A stretch of 64,000 nt of DNA from Clostridia bacterium (lineage in GTDB: Bacteria > Bacillota > Clostridia > UMGS1883): contig JAZTXM010000013.1 of assembly GCA_045636425.1 (NCBI GenBank), forward strand, positions 86,500 to 150,499. Reading direction: 5' to 3'. Positions 53,290 through 63,366 of the stretch are shown in pieces. Position 1 is the first letter of the stretch. Each line of letters opens with the position of its first letter. The position numbers were made by a program, and so were the translations under genes. The notes beneath the pieces were generated by a model, which was not told where the DNA came from, ran no database searches, and was given only the letters and a program-made list of their open reading frames with translations.

Positions 53290-55035
53290 ATGGACATTTT
53301 TTCAATTTTGTCACTTTTCGGCGGTCTTGCCATCTTTTTGTTCGGAATGAACGTAATGGGAGACGGTCTTGAAAAATGCGGCGGTAACAAGCTAAAGAAA
53401 ATACTCGAAAGCGTTACCCAGAATCCTTTCAAGGGACTGATTTTGGGTATGGCGGTTACAGCCATTATCCAGAGTTCTTCCGCCACTACCGTAATGGTTG
53501 TGGGATTTGTTAACTCAGGAATTATGAAGCTTTCACAGTCAATCAGCATCATCATGGGTGCCAACATCGGTACAACTGTTACTGCATGGCTTCTCAGCCT
53601 GACAGGACTTGAGGGAGATAATATTTTTGTACAATTTTTAAAGCCCTCTTCATTCTCCCCTGTTCTTGCGGTAATTGGCATTATTCTTTTGATGTTCAGC
53701 AAAAGGGATTCACGCAAAAACATAGGTTCGGTCTTAATTGGATTTGCCGTACTGATTGCGGGAATGGAAATGATGACATCTTCTGTCGAAGGACTTAAGA
53801 ACAACGCAACATTCACAAGTATATTCACTCTGTTCTCAAATCCCGTCCTCGGAATTTTGGTTGGGGCATTGCTTACAGCCGTTATTCAGTCTTCATCTGC
53901 ATCGGTTGGTATTCTCCAGGCACTTTCCACTACGGGAACAGTTACCTACTCAAATGCAATTCCCATTATTTTAGGTCAGAATATAGGAACATGCGTTACG
54001 GCACTTCTTTCCTCTATAGGAACGAACAAAAACGCAAGACGCACGGCAGTTGTTCACCTCTCGTTCAATATACTAGGTGCAACAGTGTTTGCACTGGGCT
54101 TCTATGCACTTAATGCAATTTTTGATTTTGCTTTCTTCACAAAATCAATTAATGCGGCAGGTATTGCAGTTGTACATTCAATCTTTAATGTTACCGCAAC
54201 AGCTCTCCTGTTCCCATTTATAAAACAGCTTGAAAAGCTTGCATATTTCGTTATTCCCGATAATGAAATCAAGGATAAAAAACAACTGTTGGATGAGAGA
54301 CTTTTGGTAACTCCTCCGATAGCTCTTTCCCACGCTAAAAACGTAGCCGTAAAGATGGCACACACTGCAAAAAATTCAATCGTTATGTCTCTTGAAACCA
54401 TGGAGAAATATGATAAGGACATTGCTGAGGCAGTTCGAAGTGCCGAATCAAAAGCGGATATGTATGAGGACCATCTTGGCGATTATCTTGTAAAATTATG
54501 CAAGGAAAATTTAAATGCATCAGACAGCCGAGAGGTTTCCGCACTTTTACACTGCATAGGTGATTTGGAGAGAATTTCAGACCACGCAGTAAACATATGC
54601 GACGTTGCAACGGAGCTTGACAGCAAAGGCATTATCTTTACAGAAAGTGCTAAAAAGGAAATTAAGGTTATGTGCGACGCTCTTCGCGAAATAATCGGGC
54701 TGACTATTGATGCTTTTGAAAACAACGACCTTTCCAAGGCTCAATTAATCGAGCCGCTTGAGGAAACAGTCGACTATCTGAGATACAGATTGAAAGAGGG
54801 ACACGTGAGTCGCCTTAAACAAGGTGAATGTACTATTGAAACAGGCTTTATATACTCCGATTTTCTTATAAATTGTGAGAGAATTTCAGACCATTGTTCA
54901 AACATTGGTGCATGTATGCTTGAAACTGCACATGACAGATTTGAAATGCACGAATATCTCTCACGTGTAAAGGAAGGCACAGAGAACGATTTCCAAAAAC
55001 AATGTGCGTACTACAGACAAAAATACGCACTGTAA
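53290..55035 (+). CDS. Na/Pi-cotransporter family protein with C-terminal PhoU-like domains
   Basis: Two Na/Pi cotransporter repeats (QSSSATT... and QSSSASVG...) followed by PhoU-like helical repeats. The start is at the internal Met with RBS AAGGAAGG. Confidence 0.75.
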   Translation: MDIFSILSLFGGLAIFLFGMNVMGDGLEKCGGNKLKKILESVTQNPFKGLILGMAVTAIIQSSSATTVMVVGFVNSGIMKLSQSISIIMGANIGTTVTAWLLSLTGLEGDNIFVQFLKPSSFSPVLAVIGIILLMFSKRDSRKNIGSVLIGFAVLIAGMEMMTSSVEGLKNNATFTSIFTLFSNPVLGILVGALLTAVIQSSSASVGILQALSTTGTVTYSNAIPIILGQNIGTCVTALLSSIGTNKNARRTAVVHLSFNILGATVFALGFYALNAIFDFAFFTKSINAAGIAVVHSIFNVTATALLFPFIKQLEKLAYFVIPDNEIKDKKQLLDERLLVTPPIALSHAKNVAVKMAHTAKNSIVMSLETMEKYDKDIAEAVRSAESKADMYEDHLGDYLVKLCKENLNASDSREVSALLHCIGDLERISDHAVNICDVATELDSKGIIFTESAKKEIKVMCDALREIIGLTIDAFENNDLSKAQLIEPLEETVDYLRYRLKEGHVSRLKQGECTIETGFIYSDFLINCERISDHCSNIGACMLETAHDRFEMHEYLSRVKEGTENDFQKQCAYYRQKYAL

Positions 55036-55061
55036 ATGTATTATAATAAGAGGTTTTTCCA

Positions 55062-55907
55062 ATGAAGCAAAAGAGGTTAGTTACAATTCAAGATTTATCG
55101 TGTTTCGGAAAGTGTTCAATTACGGTTGCACTCCCCGTTATTTCCACACTGGGTTCGGAAGCAGTGGTCCTCCCCACTGCTGTTCTTTCCACCCATACGG
55201 GAGAATTTAAGAATTATACTTTCCACCCATTATATGATGAATTCAAGAAAATAACTCACCATTGGGAATCTCTTAACCTGGAATTTGATGCAATTTACGT
55301 GGGTTATATAGGAAATGTGGATTTGATTCATGCGGTGTCGGATTTCATTGACAGATTTGCAAAGAAAGATACCGTGGTATTCATAGACCCTGTTATGGCG
55401 GATAACGGAAAATTCTATTCAGGGCTTGACGAAAATTACGCAAAAGAATTGTCCCGGCTGTGCAAAAAAGCTGATATTATAACACCAAACATGACAGAGG
55501 CGATGATTCTTTCGGGAAAAAATCCTTCATTATATAAAGAGCCTTGTGATATAAGACATCTGGCACAGTCACTTTCTTATCTGTGCGAAAATGTTATTAT
55601 TACGGGTGTGCATACACCCGAAACAATCTCCACCGTCGCCTATGACAAAACCCGTGATGAGATTTTCTCTGCAGATAAGCCCCTCTATGACGGTGTATTC
55701 TATGGGGCGGGAGATTTGTTTTCCTCTGCATTTATAGGGCTATATATTAATGGAAAATCGCTTTTTGAAGCAACGCAAATTGCCTCGGATTTTGTAAAAG
55801 ACTGTATTATCAAAACAATGGATGAACGCGACAAATACTGGTACGGACTTAAGTTTGAGCAGTCCCTTCCAGTGCTTGCTAAAACACAGGAAAAAACCAA
55901 TATATGA
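55062..55907 (+). CDS. pdxK: Pyridoxal/pyridoxamine kinase (PfkB/ribokinase family)
   Basis: VTIQDLSCFGKCSITVALPVISTLG...; 281 aa. Confidence 0.7.
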   Translation: MKQKRLVTIQDLSCFGKCSITVALPVISTLGSEAVVLPTAVLSTHTGEFKNYTFHPLYDEFKKITHHWESLNLEFDAIYVGYIGNVDLIHAVSDFIDRFAKKDTVVFIDPVMADNGKFYSGLDENYAKELSRLCKKADIITPNMTEAMILSGKNPSLYKEPCDIRHLAQSLSYLCENVIITGVHTPETISTVAYDKTRDEIFSADKPLYDGVFYGAGDLFSSAFIGLYINGKSLFEATQIASDFVKDCIIKTMDERDKYWYGLKFEQSLPVLAKTQEKTNI

Positions 55908-55916
55908 GGTGCAAAA

Positions 55917-56603
55917 ATGATTCGTATATGTTGTGTCGAGGATGATTCCTCCATAAGAGACCTTATTACATATACCCTGAATGCATCGGGGTTTTCTGCT
56001 GTGGGGTTTGAATATGCACATGATTTCTTTTCAGAAATTGAACTTAATCTCCCCCATCTGGTGCTTCTTGATTTAATGCTTCCCGATATGGATGGCATGG
56101 AAATACTAAAGAAGCTTCGCAGTGACAGCAGAACAGAGAATCTTCCCATTATTCTATTAACGGCAAAAAACGACAGACTTGATAAAATAAAAGGACTTGA
56201 CTTTGGTGCCGATGACTACATAACAAAACCCTTTGATATTCTGGAACTGCTTTCGAGAATACGTGCCGTTCTTCGCAGGAGCCAAAGAAAAGATGTAATC
56301 GCATCTTCTGACCTTCAATGCGGGGATATTACTATAAACTCACTTTCACATAAAGTATATATTTCAGGCAATGAAATTTCACTGACTTTTAAGGAATATG
56401 AGCTTCTTTCATTTCTTCTCCAAAATAAAAATGTAGCAATGAGCAGAAGCGTTCTTATGAACAAGATTTGGGGGATTGATTTCGAAGGTGAAACCCGTAC
56501 GTTAGATGCACATATACGGTCGCTCAGGCAAAAGCTGGGAACAAGCGGTCATCTCATAGAAACGGTTCGAAATGTAGGATATAGGGTGACGGACAATGTA
56601 TAA
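55917..56603 (+). CDS. OmpR-family response regulator
   Basis: Receiver domain (LVLLDLMLPDMDG) plus winged-helix output (YRVTDN). Confidence 0.85.
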   Translation: MIRICCVEDDSSIRDLITYTLNASGFSAVGFEYAHDFFSEIELNLPHLVLLDLMLPDMDGMEILKKLRSDSRTENLPIILLTAKNDRLDKIKGLDFGADDYITKPFDILELLSRIRAVLRRSQRKDVIASSDLQCGDITINSLSHKVYISGNEISLTFKEYELLSFLLQNKNVAMSRSVLMNKIWGIDFEGETRTLDAHIRSLRQKLGTSGHLIETVRNVGYRVTDNV

Positions 56604-58131
56604 TAAAATATATAGAAATATGCTTTTGCTGTGTGCTTCGGCTATAGTTCTCATTGTGGTAACGGCAAGTCTTATATGCTATGTCACAGTCAGAACAAAC
56701 GCATTGAATGATTTTAATGTACAAGCACAATACGCAGAGCAAATTTTAAGCAGTTCGCAAAACACGAACGAAACTGCTTTGGTGTTACAAAAAATCAATC
56801 CACGCTATACATACGAAATTACTGATGCAGAGCTTGAATGTAAGTATGTGCATCAATGTAAAATTCTTGCATTTGATAAAGGCAGCGCCTTGCACATGTA
56901 CATCTCTTATAATAAAATGTTTGTTCCGCTCTATGCAATGGTTATACTGCTTGTTTTTATGGGTGCGTTTTTGTATTTGCTGGCAGTACGTGTCGCAGAT
57001 AAGATGACCAATTCAATCGTTAAGCCTTTTAAAAATATGTTCAGTTCAAAGCCTTCGGAAATATATGCGGAAATACTCCCCCTTACCCGTGCAATCAAGT
57101 ATAAAAACGAGGAAATTAAAAGGCAGACAGAAAATGCACAAGAGCGGGAAATACAGCTTCAGGTTGTAACGGACACGATGAATGAAGGGTTTATTCTTTT
57201 AGACAAACACGGCAATGTAAAGCTTATAAATGACTTTGCATTAAAGCTTTTCGGAAAGGATATATCTTCGGTAAAAGGCGGATATTTTACTAATCTGACA
57301 AAAGACGAAACCTTTGAAGAAGCTGTGAAGAAAGCACTTAATTTCAAAAGAAGCAATGCAGTTTTTGAGATAGATAATTCATATTACAGGATATATTGCA
57401 GTCCTATTATGCATGACGATATTTTCGGCGGAGTAATAATACTGCTCTTTGATGTAACAGCAACTTATCAGTCTGAAAAAATGAGAAGAGAGTTTTCCGC
57501 AAATGTATCTCATGAGCTGAAAACACCTCTTACATCAATCAACGGCTATGCACAGATAATTTCAAACGGACTTGCAAATAATTCCGATATTCCCGAATTT
57601 GCAGGAAAAATTGCTAAGGAAAGCAATCGTTTAATGATGCTGATTGAGGACATTTTGAGGCTTTCCAATCTTGATGAAGGAGCACCGCAAGAACCTTTTA
57701 CAGAGTTTTCGGCTAAAGAAGCAGTTTTGGAGGTACTTTCTTCACTTGAGGAAAAGGCGATAAAGCGAAATATCTCCATTAAGTGCGACGGCGGTGATTT
57801 TACAGTCAAAGCGAGCAAAACCCAAATTCTTGAGCTAATCTATAACCTCTGTGACAATGCAATTAAATATAACAAGGATAACGGCTCTGTTTTGGTGACC
57901 GTTGCCAATAATACACTCACGGTATCCGATACGGGCATTGGTATTCCGAAAGAATATGTAACTCGAATTTTTGAAAGATTTTTCCGTGTGGATAAAAGCC
58001 ATTCAAAAAAAGTTGACGGAACGGGATTGGGACTTTCAATCGTAAAACACATTGCCAAACAGAACAATATAGAAGTTTCGGTAGACAGTAAAGTCGGCGA
58101 AGGCAGTAAATTTACGGTTTTGTTTAAATAA
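56596..58131 (+). CDS. Sensor histidine kinase (PhoR-like, PAS-containing)
   Basis: Two TM segments, PAS domain, H-box SHELKTPLTSI, N/G boxes (DNAIKYN, GTGLGLSIV). Confidence 0.85.
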   Translation: MYNKIYRNMLLLCASAIVLIVVTASLICYVTVRTNALNDFNVQAQYAEQILSSSQNTNETALVLQKINPRYTYEITDAELECKYVHQCKILAFDKGSALHMYISYNKMFVPLYAMVILLVFMGAFLYLLAVRVADKMTNSIVKPFKNMFSSKPSEIYAEILPLTRAIKYKNEEIKRQTENAQEREIQLQVVTDTMNEGFILLDKHGNVKLINDFALKLFGKDISSVKGGYFTNLTKDETFEEAVKKALNFKRSNAVFEIDNSYYRIYCSPIMHDDIFGGVIILLFDVTATYQSEKMRREFSANVSHELKTPLTSINGYAQIISNGLANNSDIPEFAGKIAKESNRLMMLIEDILRLSNLDEGAPQEPFTEFSAKEAVLEVLSSLEEKAIKRNISIKCDGGDFTVKASKTQILELIYNLCDNAIKYNKDNGSVLVTVANNTLTVSDTGIGIPKEYVTRIFERFFRVDKSHSKKVDGTGLGLSIVKHIAKQNNIEVSVDSKVGEGSKFTVLFK

Positions 58132-58256
58132 AATTTATATATAATTGTATATTTTCTCCATATTTACCATTTATGAGCACAAAACGTTGGTAAATATGCA
58201 CATTGATTAATTTACTTTTTTGTGTTATCATATAAACAAATTGAACAAATGGTGGT

Positions 58257-58628
58257 ATGAAAATGGAAACAATTGATATCGAACTTTTTTACAAATGTGT
58301 TGAGACATACGGACTTCTCCCTGTTCTCGCACAAATCTTTTCAACTGTGAAGATTAACATTGCACTTACTGCACAGACTTGCGGTATGGCAATTAAGGAT
58401 ATGGACCTTTCAGTTAGATCTTACAACGCTCTTATGGCACACGGTGTAAAGGATTTGGGAAAGCTTGTTGATCTCCTTAATTCCGGTAATCTCCGTGACG
58501 TAAGAAACCTTGGCGTAAAGAGTGCAAAGGAAATCCAGCTCAAGGCTCTTGAATACAGCTATGAAGCTCTCAATGAGCATGATAAGAAGAGCTTTCTTGA
58601 GAATCTTCTCAAGATTAACTGCGATTAA
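58257..58628 (+). CDS. Stand-alone RNA polymerase alpha-subunit C-terminal-domain (alphaCTD)-like protein
   Basis: DLSVRSYNAL...G...LG signature of the alphaCTD HhH fold. 123 aa. Confidence 0.5.
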   Translation: MKMETIDIELFYKCVETYGLLPVLAQIFSTVKINIALTAQTCGMAIKDMDLSVRSYNALMAHGVKDLGKLVDLLNSGNLRDVRNLGVKSAKEIQLKALEYSYEALNEHDKKSFLENLLKINCD

Positions 58629-58756
58629 TCTACATAGTATAAACAAGACCAAAATCAAGCCATAATGAATATGGCTTGATTTTGGTCTTGTTTTGTCTTG
58701 ACAGAAGTACTAAAACAATGGTATAATATGTCATATTTTAGAAGTTAGGTGATTTT

Positions 58757-59434
58757 ATGTTTTGTTCAAATTGTGGCAGTCCCATTCCCCAAGGCTCATT
58801 GTTTTGCGGAAATTGCGGCACTAAGTTAGGTACTGACTATAATGAAGCCCCCTCCCCCCAAAGCAGCACTTCTGCTTCATACACACAGCCGTCTGCCCCT
58901 GCAATGCCTTCTTACGGAGCATCCATTGCTACTGCAGCAGTAAAAAGCAAGGCGTGGCTCACTTGGCTGATAGGCGGCCTTTCACTGGTATTGGCTGCAT
59001 CCTTTGTATTTCTTTTCTTCTTTACTAACATTTTTAAAAGTGATGAAGATTTAATCAATGAACGTATAGAAGAATTCGTATCAAGCTACAACAACGGTGA
59101 TATGGAAGCTGTTATGGAATGCTTTGACCAAAGAACAAAAAGCATTATGGGCGCCACTGTCGGCATCGGGGAAGCACTCATAGGAGGTGCCGCCGGATTT
59201 GATGTCAGCATGAGCGATATGTTCGGACTGGGTGCAGGTCTTAACGAAGGCGATATGCTTAAGCTGAGAAATATACAATTTACTGTTCCGGAGGGGGCAG
59301 TAAGAGTCAGCGTAAATGCAGAAATCACAATGAGCATAAGCTTTATGGGACAATCTCAATCACAATCTTCACCCATTCAGATTGAAATGGTAAAAGAAGA
59401 TGGCGACTGGTTTATTTCAAATATTATTGAGTAA
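58757..59434 (+). CDS. Zinc-ribbon membrane protein (hypothetical)
   Basis: MFCSNCGSPI...CGNCG, a TM helix, and a C-terminal globular domain. Confidence 0.5.
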   Translation: MFCSNCGSPIPQGSLFCGNCGTKLGTDYNEAPSPQSSTSASYTQPSAPAMPSYGASIATAAVKSKAWLTWLIGGLSLVLAASFVFLFFFTNIFKSDEDLINERIEEFVSSYNNGDMEAVMECFDQRTKSIMGATVGIGEALIGGAAGFDVSMSDMFGLGAGLNEGDMLKLRNIQFTVPEGAVRVSVNAEITMSISFMGQSQSQSSPIQIEMVKEDGDWFISNIIE

Positions 59435-59491
59435 TAAAACAATGTCTGTAAAAAAGTATGACTTTTTTACAGACATTGTTTTATATTCACA

Positions 59492-60367
59492 CTATTGATT
59501 CAAAGAGTATTTTCCGGGGGTTACACCTACATGCTTTTTAAATACCCTGATAAAATTTGCATAATCTTCAAATCCGCACAATATTGCTGTATCGGTAACG
59601 TTCTTACCTGATGCGAGCATTTTTTTTGCCTCTGTTATACGGCGTGAGGTTATATACTTTGCAACTGTAGTTCCGCAATATTTGTTAAACAGTCTGCAAA
59701 GCTGATTTACTGAAACATAAGAGTTTTTTGCAATAGTTTCCAGAGAAAGCGGCTCTGAAAAATTCTCATTTATGTAATCTATGGCAATCTTAATAGTGTT
59801 TACGCCTGTCTGCTTTCCCTGCGTGGTGTGATGAGAAAATGCCGTATTTATCAGAAGAAGCACCTTTACTGCAATCATTGTTTTTATAATATCATCACCA
59901 AACGGTGCAGTTTCCTCAAGGCTGTTCATATACTCCAAAAACTTGTTTTTCTCCTCGTTGCTGAGACTGATTTTATTAAATACACCCACGCCTCTTTTAT
60001 AGAAGCAGTGCGAAAGGTCCGTCTGCGGAGTTGAATGTGCATATAAAAATTCCGGATGCACCTGCATTATATATCTGCAAAATTTGTTTTCGGGAGATGA
60101 GTTTATTTTATGAGCCTCAAACTGATTTATTACAAATAAATCTCCGTCTTCTACATTATATACTTTATCATTTATAAGGAAATTTTGCCCCCCTTGTATG
60201 CAGAAAAGCACCTCGCAGGAGTTATGAATATGTATATTCTGATCGGGATTTTGTACATCTGAATAGTTAAAACCGAAGGTTTTTGTTCTGTCAGCATACA
60301 AAACCGCCTCGGTACAGGTTTCAAATTTACATTTCATACAATCGACCTCCTGATTACATCTTAACAT
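59492..60367 (-). CDS. AraC-family transcriptional regulator
   Basis: Cupin N-terminus. AraC HTH C-terminus (GFEDYANFIRVFKKHVGVTPGKY). Confidence 0.75.
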   Translation of the reverse strand: MLRCNQEVDCMKCKFETCTEAVLYADRTKTFGFNYSDVQNPDQNIHIHNSCEVLFCIQGGQNFLINDKVYNVEDGDLFVINQFEAHKINSSPENKFCRYIMQVHPEFLYAHSTPQTDLSHCFYKRGVGVFNKISLSNEEKNKFLEYMNSLEETAPFGDDIIKTMIAVKVLLLINTAFSHHTTQGKQTGVNTIKIAIDYINENFSEPLSLETIAKNSYVSVNQLCRLFNKYCGTTVAKYITSRRITEAKKMLASGKNVTDTAILCGFEDYANFIRVFKKHVGVTPGKYSLNQ

Positions 60368-60453
60368 CTTTTGGTGAGATTTGCAACAAAAACATCAAAT
60401 TTTGCAATATTTATTCAATAATTATATGTTAAAATAGTTTTAGGAGGTGTAAT

Positions 60454-62082
60454 ATGCTTACTTTAAAGGTACTTAACAAAAGCAGAGAAATACTTTCAGA
60501 AGAAAAAGGAAAAGACATCACTCTCGGCTACAACAGAGCTTATGAAGAAGGCGACCATATTCGTGTGGAAAGCTCCATTGATAAATTTATAGCTGTACAG
60601 TTTGATGAAACTTTAGCTGAAAGTATTATCTTTATCCCGGGTAAAAGCTTTGAGTTTATAGTCCCCTCTGAAAATGTCCGCAAGGGATGCTACGGCGAAG
60701 AAGCTTTTGGCGGGGACAATCATATTATTCGAGCACGTGAAATCAGCGAGGAGGAAATGTATTCCTACAGAAAAATTTCTCTCAATTCACATGATATTCA
60801 CGCGAAAGCAAAAAGCTATCCCCACACATGGGCAAACTTCGTCACGAGAGAATCCCCCACTTTCTACGCACGTAACGCAATTGACGGCGTAATCAGAAAT
60901 GACGGTCACGGTAATTTCCCCTACCATTCATGGGCAGGCGGTGCACGTGAGGATCTTGAGTTCGTGTTGGACTTCGGACAAATGGTATCGGTTGATAAAA
61001 TTGTATTTTTCCTTCGTGCAGATTTCCCGCACGATACATACTGGAAAAATATCGACGTAGAATTTTCCGACGGAAGTCGCGAGCATGCTGAATTTGAAGG
61101 CACTAAAGACGGACAGGCAATCACCTTTGAGCCAAAGGAAACAACATATGTAAAGCTTATTAACTTCAAACAGGCGGTGTACCCCCTTTCATGGGCGGCA
61201 TTAAGCCAGATTGAAGTTTATGGAAATTATATTAAGGAGGATTATAGTAAAATGGAAGTAAGACAGGCATCAAACGCAAAAGACGCAAAGCATTACACTA
61301 CAGAAAGACTCAGAGAGGAATTCCACATTGCAAACCTCTTCACAAAGGACAATACAAGAATGGTTTACAGCCATATTGACAGAATAATTACAGCAGGCCT
61401 TATGCCCGTTCTTCGTGAGCTTAAGCTTGAAGCAGGCAAAGAGCTTGCGGCTGAATATTTCCTTCAGAGAAGAGAAATGGGATGTATCAACGTTGGTGGT
61501 AAGGGTATCATCACAATTGACGGTATCGAATACGAAATGAACCCCCGTGGCGGTATCTATATCGGTATGGGCAACAAGGAAATCATGTTTAAGAGCATAG
61601 ACCCCGAAAATCCTGCAAAATTCTATGTATCTTCTTGTCCCGCACACACATCTTATCCCACTGTTAAGATTGATATTACAAAGGCTAAGAAAGTTCCCTG
61701 CGGAAGCGTTGAGGACTGTAACAAGCGTGTTATTAATCAGTACATTCATCCTGAAGTAATGAAGAGCTGTCAGCTTTCTATGGGACTTACCCAGCTTGAA
61801 CCGGGCAGCAACTGGAACACAATGCCCTCTCATACCCATGACAGACGTATGGAGGTTTATATGTATCTTGATATGGGCGAAAATGACGCTGTATTCCACA
61901 TGATGGGTGAGCCTCAGGAAACAAGACACATCATTATGCACAATGAAGAAGCAGTTATCTCCCCCAGCTGGTCTATCCACAGCGGTGTAGGTACAAAGAA
62001 CTACTCTTTCATCTGGGCTATGTGCGGTGAGAATCAGGAATTCACCGATATGGACCATATCGAAACAAAAGACTTACTGTAA
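60454..62082 (+). CDS. kduI: Fusion of a discoidin-like N-terminal domain to 5-dehydro-4-deoxy-D-glucuronate isomerase KduI (alternatively a KduI-only product from the internal start at 61252)
   Basis: The C-terminal 277 aa (from MEVRQASNAKDAKHYTTERLREEF...YSHIDRIITAG) match KduI. The N-terminal 266 aa carry a discoidin/F5-F8-like pattern (W...LEFVLDFG...V..I.FF...DG..W). The frame is continuous. A strong SD (AAGGAGG) lies 9 nt before the internal ATG. Confidence 0.7.
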   Translation: MLTLKVLNKSREILSEEKGKDITLGYNRAYEEGDHIRVESSIDKFIAVQFDETLAESIIFIPGKSFEFIVPSENVRKGCYGEEAFGGDNHIIRAREISEEEMYSYRKISLNSHDIHAKAKSYPHTWANFVTRESPTFYARNAIDGVIRNDGHGNFPYHSWAGGAREDLEFVLDFGQMVSVDKIVFFLRADFPHDTYWKNIDVEFSDGSREHAEFEGTKDGQAITFEPKETTYVKLINFKQAVYPLSWAALSQIEVYGNYIKEDYSKMEVRQASNAKDAKHYTTERLREEFHIANLFTKDNTRMVYSHIDRIITAGLMPVLRELKLEAGKELAAEYFLQRREMGCINVGGKGIITIDGIEYEMNPRGGIYIGMGNKEIMFKSIDPENPAKFYVSSCPAHTSYPTVKIDITKAKKVPCGSVEDCNKRVINQYIHPEVMKSCQLSMGLTQLEPGSNWNTMPSHTHDRRMEVYMYLDMGENDAVFHMMGEPQETRHIIMHNEEAVISPSWSIHSGVGTKNYSFIWAMCGENQEFTDMDHIETKDLL

Positions 62083-62095
62083 GGAGGAAAACAAT

Positions 62096-62884
62096 ATGTT
62101 CAGACTTGACGGAAAAGTAGCACTCGTAACAGGTGCAAGCTACGGAATCGGCTTTGCAATCGCAAAAGGACTTGCAAACGCAGGTGCAAAGGTTGTATTT
62201 AACGATATTAAGCAGGAGCTTGTTGATAAGGGAATCGAAGCTTATAAGGCTGAGGGCATCGATGCAAAAGGTTATGTTTGCGACGTAACAGACGAAGATG
62301 CAGTTAACGCTATGGTTGCTCAGATTGAAAAGGAAGTTGGCGTTATTGATATTCTTGTAAACAACGCAGGTATCATCAAGAGAATTCCTATGCACGAAAT
62401 GAGTGCGGCAGAATTCAGACAGGTTATTGATGTTGACCTTAACGCTCCCTTCATCGTTTCAAAAGCTGTTATCCCCTCTATGCTTAAGAAGGGCGCAGGT
62501 AAGATTATAAACATCTGCTCCATGATGAGCGAGCTTGGCAGAGAAACAGTTTCTGCATACGCAGCAGCTAAGGGCGGACTTAAAATGTTGACACGCAATA
62601 TCTGCTCCGAGTACGGTGAATTCAACATTCAGTGTAACGGTATCGGACCCGGTTATATTGCTACCCCCCAGACTGCTCCCCTCCGCGAGACACAGCCCGA
62701 CGGAAGCCGCCATCCCTTTGACAGCTTTATCTGTGCAAAGACACCTGCCGGCAGATGGCTTGACCCCGAGGAACTCGTTGGTCCTGCTGTATTCCTTGCT
62801 TCTGAGGCTTCAAATGCCGTAAACGGTCACATTCTTTATGTTGACGGCGGTATTCTTGCTTACATTGGAAAACAGCCTAAATAA
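62096..62884 (+). CDS. kduD: 2-dehydro-3-deoxy-D-gluconate 5-dehydrogenase KduD (SDR)
   Basis: TGASYGIG Rossmann motif; YAAAKGG catalytic motif. SD AAGGAGG. Confidence 0.85.
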   Translation: MFRLDGKVALVTGASYGIGFAIAKGLANAGAKVVFNDIKQELVDKGIEAYKAEGIDAKGYVCDVTDEDAVNAMVAQIEKEVGVIDILVNNAGIIKRIPMHEMSAAEFRQVIDVDLNAPFIVSKAVIPSMLKKGAGKIINICSMMSELGRETVSAYAAAKGGLKMLTRNICSEYGEFNIQCNGIGPGYIATPQTAPLRETQPDGSRHPFDSFICAKTPAGRWLDPEELVGPAVFLASEASNAVNGHILYVDGGILAYIGKQPK

Positions 62885-62904
62885 TTATTTAAATATTATC
62901 GAAA

Positions 62905-62935
62905 AAAGCAAGTGATTAAATCACTTGCTTTTTTC
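62905..62935. terminator. Bidirectional intrinsic terminator
   Basis: aaaaaagcaagtgatttaatcacttgctttttt. Confidence 0.6.
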
Positions 62936-62947
62936 AATGAAAGCAGT

Positions 62948-63319
62948 TTATAGTTCTTCCTCGCTGCAACAACAGTCGGGGGCATCACCGCTGAGGCAAT
63001 CCTCGACAGGAGGGAAAAACTCGTCAATGGGGAAATTAATATTTGCAAAAATCTCGCAGGGGTCATCAGGCGAGCTTGTAACACATTCTTTTTCGGGAAT
63101 ACAGAAATCGTACGCAGGGATAAGGAGCTGAACGCTTCGTTCAAGCCTGATAATTGTAAAGAGCCCGAGAGATATATAAACCTTCCTCTGCTCATTGCGA
63201 CAATTTACAAAGCGGTCTTCAAACACTCTGCAAACACAATCAGGAATATTGCATACGTCTATTTCGTCATCGGCATATTTGCAGCATTTTTCTCCCGGTT
63301 CGGCAAGTTTTACGCCCAA
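62948..63319 (-). CDS. Cys-rich hypothetical protein
   Basis: 123 aa with more than 12 Cys (CCKY...CNIPDCVC...CCCSEEE). Confidence 0.35.
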   Translation of the reverse strand: MGVKLAEPGEKCCKYADDEIDVCNIPDCVCRVFEDRFVNCRNEQRKVYISLGLFTIIRLERSVQLLIPAYDFCIPEKECVTSSPDDPCEIFANINFPIDEFFPPVEDCLSGDAPDCCCSEEEL

Positions 63320-63366
63320 ACTAATGGGATCCAGGGTTTCTATGCCGGACTACAAAAGGTCATATT

